IMG/VR virus record: IMGVR_UViG_3300042514_001858
Coordinates: 64,001 to 128,000 of that record
Length of the DNA: 64,000 nt
Direction: 5' to 3' (one strand)
Source: a virus
Both the position numbers and the translations under genes were made by a program. The notes beneath the pieces are model-generated. The model was not told the origin of the DNA. It saw nothing but the letters and a program-made list of their open reading frames with translations, and did no database searches. This document shows, piece after piece, positions 57,481-64,000 of this stretch (positions are counted from its first letter, which is position 1; the number at the start of each line of letters is the position of its first letter).

Positions 57481-59307
57481 ATGGCGGGTTCCGATAGTTC
57501 TTCTACACAATCTTCAAATAAATCCTACGTTAGTAATGACGGTAAGGGTTCCACTTTCGATAGGAATATGCAATCTTATTTGAAGAATCGTGGGAATTTT
57601 ATTCAGCAAACTCCTGATGAAGCAAAGAATACAAAATATAAATATTTCCAAAAAATCGGGTTACGCAGACCTGAAGCAATTGCTAAGAACTCTGTAGCTC
57701 TTAATAACGACTGGAATAACACAGCGTTTTCCGCTATTTACCAAGACAAATCCTTTACGGATTTGATGTATTCCCAAGCATCGGAAGAAAAACCAGGTCG
57801 TCTTAGAGACTACCGTATGATGGCTGCTTACTCTGAAGTGGCAGATGCTTTGGATGAAATTTGTGATGAAACCATTAACGTTGATGAAGATGGGGAAATC
57901 GTAACTCTTGATTTCCGTAACGCTGATTTGGAATCAGAGAAAAAAGAGGAAATACAAAAAGAATTTTCTAAATTCTGTTCCATGTTGGATTTGGATGATA
58001 ATGGATGGCATTATTTCCGACAATTTCTTGTTGAAGGTGAACTCTTTTTTGAACTTATTCTGAAAGATGATTACATCAAACAAGGTGTTGTTGCCATTAA
58101 AAATCTTCCTGCTGATCAATTCGATCCTGTTTATGACAACATCCAGACGATGTTAGTCAAAGCATTTATTTATAAGAAGCCTATTTTTTCTAGCATCGAT
58201 AATAAAAAAGTTGAACGGTATGAATATATTCCATTTGAAAAGAACCAAGTTCTTTATGTAAATAGTGGACAATATAATGAAACAAAAGATTTTATCATTC
58301 CTTTCATTGAGAATTGCCGTAGAGCTTATAGACAGCTTTCGATGATCGAAGATTCTGTGGTTATCCATAGAATGGTTCATGCACCTCTCCGTTTCCTTTT
58401 CAATGTGGATGTAGGTAGATTACCAGTTCCTCAAGCTGAAGCATATCTGAGAAAATTACAATCTCAATATTGGTCTACCAAGACTTTCGATTTGGATCAA
58501 AGTGATGTCGTTAAAAAATATGCACCACAGTCTACTTTGGATTCTTTCTGGTTTGCTAAAAGACAAGGACAAGAAGCAACAACTGTTGAAACATTTGGTG
58601 GTCAACAATCAGATGGTAATATGGAGCCTCTAGATTGGTTCATCAAGAAACTTTATCGTTCTCTGAAGACTCCTACTTCTCGTTTGAATAATGAAACGGG
58701 ATATAATGATGGGACAGAAATGCTTCGTGAAGAGCTTAAATTTGCGAAGATGATCATTCGTCAACAACAAAGATTTGCTCAAGGCATCAAAAGAGCATTT
58801 GTCACTCATCTCAAATTCAAAGAAATGTTCGAAGAATATGATCTTTTCGAAGATAATATTCAAGTGGAATTTAATGTTCCGACGAATTTCTATGACATGA
58901 GAGAAAGTCAAAAGCTTGAATTAAAAATTAACACCTTTACCAGTATTACAAACAGTGAATTTGTCTCCAAAACCTTTGCTATGAAAAAATATTTGGATTG
59001 GAAAGATTCAGACATTCTTGCTAATCGTCACTTCCTGAGAAACGAAGCAGAGTTCCTATACGAAATTGAACAAATTAAAGCCAACGGACCTAACTGGAAA
59101 GAACTTGCAGCACAACAAGCTGAAGGTGCTGCGGGAGGAGAAGGTGGTGACATGAGCGACTTGGGTGGCGGTGGTGGTGGCGGTGGTGGCGTTCCAGACT
59201 TTGGAGGAGGAGGAGCCGCTATTAGTGGTGGAGAAGCTGATTTGGGCGGTGGCGAAGCACCTCCAGCAGAAGAAGCACCTCCAGCAGAAGAAGCACCACC
59301 AGTTTAA
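57481..59307 (+). CDS. gp20: Portal protein
   Basis: YR.MA..EV.DALDEI, QL.MIEDS.VI.R..AP.R..F.VDVG, LY.SLK.P.SRL, REELKF. Confidence 0.95.
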   Translation: MAGSDSSSTQSSNKSYVSNDGKGSTFDRNMQSYLKNRGNFIQQTPDEAKNTKYKYFQKIGLRRPEAIAKNSVALNNDWNNTAFSAIYQDKSFTDLMYSQASEEKPGRLRDYRMMAAYSEVADALDEICDETINVDEDGEIVTLDFRNADLESEKKEEIQKEFSKFCSMLDLDDNGWHYFRQFLVEGELFFELILKDDYIKQGVVAIKNLPADQFDPVYDNIQTMLVKAFIYKKPIFSSIDNKKVERYEYIPFEKNQVLYVNSGQYNETKDFIIPFIENCRRAYRQLSMIEDSVVIHRMVHAPLRFLFNVDVGRLPVPQAEAYLRKLQSQYWSTKTFDLDQSDVVKKYAPQSTLDSFWFAKRQGQEATTVETFGGQQSDGNMEPLDWFIKKLYRSLKTPTSRLNNETGYNDGTEMLREELKFAKMIIRQQQRFAQGIKRAFVTHLKFKEMFEEYDLFEDNIQVEFNVPTNFYDMRESQKLELKINTFTSITNSEFVSKTFAMKKYLDWKDSDILANRHFLRNEAEFLYEIEQIKANGPNWKELAAQQAEGAAGGEGGDMSDLGGGGGGGGGVPDFGGGGAAISGGEADLGGGEAPPAEEAPPAEEAPPV

Positions 59308-59978
59308 TTCAAAGGTATATTATAATTCCTAGCACATTCTTTCGATTTCTGATCGAACGGATAAATTGTTCCGTGCCAAAGGTAATCTTTGCCACCTTCA
59401 ATTGGACCTAAAGGACGAACTTTTATCAACCATTCTCCCATATATTCCCCACGGGAATTTTTAAATTTTAATTTACCTGAAAATTGGGAAGATGCATCAG
59501 TAGATTCTTCCCATCTACGCATGTAATCATCCAACTGGATTTCGTCTTCTATGAAATTTTTCCAATTCAAACGAAGTAATTCTTCCGATGAAGTCGCGCA
59601 CAAATGACAATATGTTTCATTAACTTGAATATTTATTGCTTTGGAAGTAGTGCGAAAAGATGGTTTAGGATTCAACCAAAACATTGCTTCTATTTCTGCT
59701 TTGATGATTTTCAGAGAATCCTTCATGGAACCACCACCATTAGGGGAGATTTCATACTCAACATTCTTTAATCGAGTGTCTAAATTACCAATTCCCGATT
59801 TAATTTCTTGTAAAATTTCTGGTATTTCATGTTTAGATTTACTATAAATTTTATGTTGTTCATATTTTTTAATAATAAATTTTTTAATTTTTTTGAAAAA
59901 AACCAAGAAGGTGCTTACCAATCCAATAACAATTGAAATAGTTTGCGCGTTTTGCATTAAGAAAATCCATAAATCCAT
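59304..59978 (-). CDS. Late membrane protein: TM + NGGGS linker + PAS-like domain (holin candidate)
   Basis: N-terminal TM; PNGGGSMKD; VN.TYC...EEL..NW..FI; TAAATA-N5-ATG. Confidence 0.6.
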   Translation of the reverse strand: MDLWIFLMQNAQTISIVIGLVSTFLVFFKKIKKFIIKKYEQHKIYSKSKHEIPEILQEIKSGIGNLDTRLKNVEYEISPNGGGSMKDSLKIIKAEIEAMFWLNPKPSFRTTSKAINIQVNETYCHLCATSSEELLRLNWKNFIEDEIQLDDYMRRWEESTDASSQFSGKLKFKNSRGEYMGEWLIKVRPLGPIEGGKDYLWHGTIYPFDQKSKECARNYNIPLN

Positions 59979-59986
59979 GATATTAT

Positions 59987-60283
59987 TTATTCACAAAAGC
60001 TGACGCAATTAAATGCTGAGTTATAATAAAATTTAGTTCCGTTATTAGATAGTGGAGACCACCCAGTATCAGTTGATTTATTACACACGTAAAAATAGTA
60101 TTGACTACCATTATTAGCTGATGGCTGAACGAAAATAGTGCTTTGACCCCAAAGTATGAAATCGTTGGAAGATAGGTAATAATATTTGGAACCATTATTG
60201 TTATTAGGATTCCAACCTGAAACAGTTGGAACACCACAAGAAAGTTGGTAATAAACAGAACCATTATTGGATTCAAATGACAT
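59987..60283 (-). CDS. Small late Cys-containing protein with four NNG[ST]x[YF]Y repeats
   Basis: TAAATA-N5-ATG; repeats visible. Confidence 0.6.
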   Translation of the reverse strand: MSFESNNGSVYYQLSCGVPTVSGWNPNNNNGSKYYYLSSNDFILWGQSTIFVQPSANNGSQYYFYVCNKSTDTGWSPLSNNGTKFYYNSAFNCVSFCE

Positions 60284-60311
60284 ATTATTATTTAGCTTAT
60301 TAAATAATAAT

Positions 60312-61454
60312 ATGAGTCTCTGTCAATTAGAACCAATTTCAGCTTTCATGTCCACTAATCTTAATTCAAAGATTGAGTGTTATCAACGTTTGGGAGAAAG
60401 AATCTTGAGACTATTGGGACATCCAATGATCAATGTTGAATTGCATTATGACCAACTTTATGAAGCAATTTCAATGGCAACGGATTTTTATACAAAATAC
60501 GCTGGATATTCAAAAGAATATGTAATTTTTGATAGTAACTTATATGAAAGTGGCAAAGGAATCAGATTGGATACTCTTTTCACTGTGGCAAATTCTGGAT
60601 ATACACCATCGGAAAAATTAAATGATAAGAAAATCGGACCTAATCCTGATTATGAAGTGAAAATTCCTGATGTGTTGTATGTTTCCTTATCCACCATACC
60701 AAATTCTTATTTTGCTTCTTCTTCCTCTTTGAGTGCTGTAGTTCCATCCGATGGTATTACATCCATGCAAATTATTGATAAAACCACTTATAATTTATTC
60801 ACCACGTTCAGACCTTCTTTGAGTTCTTTGTTTCAACAATCTTATCAAAAACCTTTCACTGTTCAATGTGAACCACAAGAAGATGTTCGCACATACAACA
60901 ATATGTTTGATTATGATATCATGGATTATCGAAAAGTTGTTGATGTCGTATCGTTTGAAGAAGGTTCTACGACTGGTGTGAATACATTGTTCTCCGTGGA
61001 ACAAACTATGGCACAACAATCATATCACGCATATTCTCTTGGGAATTATGGTTTTGATATTCTTTCTTGGCATACTGTCAAAGATTGGATTGATACCAGA
61101 GAAAAAATGTTTGCCACCAGAAGAGATATTTATTTCGATCCCAGAACACAATATTTACGCTTGATACCACAGCCGAAAAACACCACATTCTATGGTTTAT
61201 TGGAATGTTATGTGGAAAAACCGCTTCGAGATTTGGTAAAAGAAAAATGGGTATTGGAATACTCCACTGCTTTGTGTAAAGTCATGTGGGGAAGGATTCT
61301 CACTAAAATTAGTGGCGTGGGTTTTCCTGGTGGTGGTTCTATCAATGGTGATTCCATTTTGTCAGAAGGTGTTGCAGAGAAAAAAGAATTGGAACAATTC
61401 TTAATTGAAGGTGGGTACGGAGATTTCGACCCAGTATCTTTCTCTGTTTTTTAA
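60312..61454 (+). CDS. gp13: Neck protein
   Basis: ILRLLGHPMINVEL..DQL; WV.EY..AL.K..WG..L.K...FPGGGSING. Confidence 0.88.
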   Translation: MSLCQLEPISAFMSTNLNSKIECYQRLGERILRLLGHPMINVELHYDQLYEAISMATDFYTKYAGYSKEYVIFDSNLYESGKGIRLDTLFTVANSGYTPSEKLNDKKIGPNPDYEVKIPDVLYVSLSTIPNSYFASSSSLSAVVPSDGITSMQIIDKTTYNLFTTFRPSLSSLFQQSYQKPFTVQCEPQEDVRTYNNMFDYDIMDYRKVVDVVSFEEGSTTGVNTLFSVEQTMAQQSYHAYSLGNYGFDILSWHTVKDWIDTREKMFATRRDIYFDPRTQYLRLIPQPKNTTFYGLLECYVEKPLRDLVKEKWVLEYSTALCKVMWGRILTKISGVGFPGGGSINGDSILSEGVAEKKELEQFLIEGGYGDFDPVSFSVF

Positions 61455-61496
61455 TAATTATAATTGACATAATAACCATTTGACTAAATATAAAAG

Positions 61497-63761
61497 ATGA
61501 GATTGTTTAGCGAAGAGGTAAAAGTTACCTCGTCTAACTCTCCTCTGAACATCCTTCAAGTTAAAGATTTTCAAGAAGTCTTTTTCGGTGTTTTCGAGGT
61601 GCAGATAAACGAAAAAAAATATGTGGCAGAAAAGATTTCCGAAGAAAACGGAAATCCAATCGTATCTATTCTTGTGGAGGAAGGAAACGAGAAAGCACAA
61701 TATCCTTTCTTACTTCTGAAAGGGAAACAAGAAATTTATTTCAATTCGCAAAGCGAACCAGTTGAAATCTTTGAATCAAATATTGAGAATGAAGAAGATG
61801 AAGATTTAGAAGTTGAAGAGCTTATCAAAGAAACTTTCGATAATTCTGAAATTGTTGAAGATAAAAAACAAGAAATTCTTGAAGAAATAAAAAGAGTAAA
61901 GAGAAATGCTGTAAAGAAATCTCTTGAAATTTTAGAACATAATAAAGCAAAAAATATTCAAGATATTAAGAATGAGAGTAGGAAAAAGGAAAAAGCTCTC
62001 AAAGGGTATTTGGAATCAGCAAGAGAAAATCTTGTAGATGAATTTACTATCATTTCTGGAAAAATTAAAAATGAATTAATTTCAGATAATGATTATAAAT
62101 TTGATGAGATTCGTGAAAGCATTGATCTTAAAATTCAAGATATTGCTGACAATCTAAATGAATCTCTTGGAAAGAACTTTGAAAATTCTTCTAAGTTGAT
62201 TGATAAGTCTGTCAAACAATTAGTCAAAGAATTATATGAAAGAAATATCAACCCGAAAGTTGATAAAGAATTAAAAGATATTGCTGAAGAAATTGTTGAA
62301 AAGGTATCAGAAATTGATAAAAATCTCAACGATAAATTGGATGAAAAAGCTGATGTTTCTTTAATTGAAAGTGTTAATAAGGAATTGGATGCAATTCGTG
62401 ATGCCAATATTGAACTTAATAATTCCTTGAACAAAGGTGTCCAAAAAGCCCTCTCTCGTGTAGGAAATGTCGATAAGAAAATTTTAGAGATTTCTGAGAA
62501 ATTTGATAATAAAATCTCAGAAACAGAACAAGAAATCACGCAATATTTCGATGAAAAGTTATCCTTAGTAAAGGAAGAAACATTAGATATTACAGATGAA
62601 GCGAGAAAATATTTTCAAAATCTTATTCAAGAAAGTAGAAATGGATTACTTTCTGAGATTCGTAAAATCAAAAATGAAAAGCCAATTGAATATATTTTAG
62701 AATCTAAAACAGGGAAACCAATTGTTAAAGAATGGGACTCCATTGAAAAGGATTGGAATAAAAAAATTCACGATAAATTTGAAAATTATAAAACCGATTT
62801 AAGAAAATATGTAGCTGTTTATGCTTCTGGTGGAGGGACGAATGCCACTCAATACCAAGATGGTGGCACGATGAATGGTGATTTGACTATTGTCGGAAAG
62901 CTTTCTGCTGGTGATATCTATTCAAATGGTAATAGAGTTGCAACAGTTGTCACTCCTACACGCACTACACTATCTGGCAACGGTATATTATCATCGTTTG
63001 CCATCGATGGAGCAGAAAGTCTCACTAATCCATCTGCGCTCATTGTCGCTATTGATGGTGCGCTACAAGAACCATCTGTAGATTACTCTGTTGGCAGCGG
63101 AAACATTACCTTTACTTCTCCATTAGCAAGTGGAGCAAAAGCAGTTGTGGTATCTCCTACAAATACTGTCCAAGTGCTTGATATGATTCCTTCAGATGGG
63201 AGTGTGACAAGTGCAAAATTAGCAAGTGGGTTGAGCATTTCTGCGCCTACACTGACCAATGCCGTAATAAGTGGGTCTACTACTTTTAGTACATCAGGTG
63301 CAGCGACAGCACTAAACACCTCTCTTGGAACGCGAAGAGTCAGGAGAACAACTCTTGCAACAAGAACAAGCTCATCTATGGTAGCAGATGACACACTAGT
63401 TTTGTCAGTCGTCAGCGGCGTGACATATCGCATTAAAGTTCATTCGCTAACCAAAAATTCAACCGCGACAGTTGGGATGGTTTTACGCATTGACCACCCT
63501 GGTATCACAGCAAGCGGAAGCGATACCGTAGGTCACTTTACAAACGGTGGCGGCAACTCAACGATTACGCCATCAACCTCAACATCGCTGACAAACTCGG
63601 TCAACCAGAACGGGCAGAATCTAAGCACAATTTCAGAGGTTATTTTAACACCAACAGCGTCAGGTAACGTAACTGTAATGTGGGGGGCGCGTGTTCCTGC
63701 TGGTGTAGAAACAGCAGGATTGAACGCTAACAGTTATATGGAAATTACAGAACTAAGTTAA
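61497..63761 (+). CDS. Large virion protein: acidic coiled coil + SGGG + fibre-like C-terminus
   Basis: TAAATA upstream; GGTMNGDL, IDGALQEP..DY, DGSVTSAKLA. Confidence 0.7.
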   Translation: MRLFSEEVKVTSSNSPLNILQVKDFQEVFFGVFEVQINEKKYVAEKISEENGNPIVSILVEEGNEKAQYPFLLLKGKQEIYFNSQSEPVEIFESNIENEEDEDLEVEELIKETFDNSEIVEDKKQEILEEIKRVKRNAVKKSLEILEHNKAKNIQDIKNESRKKEKALKGYLESARENLVDEFTIISGKIKNELISDNDYKFDEIRESIDLKIQDIADNLNESLGKNFENSSKLIDKSVKQLVKELYERNINPKVDKELKDIAEEIVEKVSEIDKNLNDKLDEKADVSLIESVNKELDAIRDANIELNNSLNKGVQKALSRVGNVDKKILEISEKFDNKISETEQEITQYFDEKLSLVKEETLDITDEARKYFQNLIQESRNGLLSEIRKIKNEKPIEYILESKTGKPIVKEWDSIEKDWNKKIHDKFENYKTDLRKYVAVYASGGGTNATQYQDGGTMNGDLTIVGKLSAGDIYSNGNRVATVVTPTRTTLSGNGILSSFAIDGAESLTNPSALIVAIDGALQEPSVDYSVGSGNITFTSPLASGAKAVVVSPTNTVQVLDMIPSDGSVTSAKLASGLSISAPTLTNAVISGSTTFSTSGAATALNTSLGTRRVRRTTLATRTSSSMVADDTLVLSVVSGVTYRIKVHSLTKNSTATVGMVLRIDHPGITASGSDTVGHFTNGGGNSTITPSTSTSLTNSVNQNGQNLSTISEVILTPTASGNVTVMWGARVPAGVETAGLNANSYMEITELS

Positions 63762-63777
63762 TTATTATAAATAAAAT

Positions 63778-64000
63778 ATGGCAACAACTAAAATCACATC
63801 AAGATCCCTAGAAACTGGAGCAGCATTAGCAAATCTTAATGCTGGTGCAAGTGTGGCATTGACTGTTCCAGTCACAGCAACTAACTATAATCCAGGAACA
63901 AATGTAGCGACATTTTTAGCTACTCCCACAAGTGCAAATTTACTAGCGGCGGTGACAGATGAAACAGGGACGGGTAGCTTGGTTTTTGCGACATCGCCAA
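63778..64000 (+). CDS. Tail fibre-like protein (partial)
   Basis: TATAAATA at 63766; MATTKIT...FLATPTSANL.AAVTDETGTGSLVFATSP. Confidence 0.7.
   Translation, partial: MATTKITSRSLETGAALANLNAGASVALTVPVTATNYNPGTNVATFLATPTSANLLAAVTDETGTGSLVFATSP

Noticed and set aside
59160-59304. GC-rich repeats at the portal 3' end
   Set aside because: Ordinary Gly-rich and EAPPAE disordered tail.
1-64000. tRNA genes or stop-codon reassignment
   Set aside because: No cloverleaf recognised in the short intergenic gaps by eye; core genes are intact in the standard code.

Overview
AT-rich 64-kb segment of a large T4-like myovirus genome. The left half (~2-33 kb, mostly minus strand) is the replication/recombination core: primase gp61, clamp gp45, ssDNA-binding gp32, helicase gp41, UvsX, DNA polymerase gp43, gp46/47, late sigma gp55, UvsW and UvsY, with late-promoter genes interleaved. 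An AT-rich non-coding strand-switch region lies at ~33.4-33.7 kb. The right half (mostly plus strand) has PhoH, a ~12-kb glycosylation/sugar-modification island, a DinG-like helicase, an AAA ATPase, a GIY-YIG endonuclease and virion genes (gp15, portal gp20, neck gp13, fibres). The most striking element is at 12361-13003: two canonical integron attC sites with reciprocally exchanged R boxes flanking a 554-bp gene cassette. No integrase is present in the window. The cassette sits inside a duplicated gp41/DHH junction and has an antisense phage promoter whose ORF reads through the attC. Also notable: a TAAATA-N5-ATG motif before 18 genes (likely leaderless late mRNAs), sigma70-type promoters with a fixed 16-bp spacer, putative head-packaged enzymes, and mucin-like proteins near glycosyltransferases. 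Family assignments come from motif recognition only; no database searches were run.
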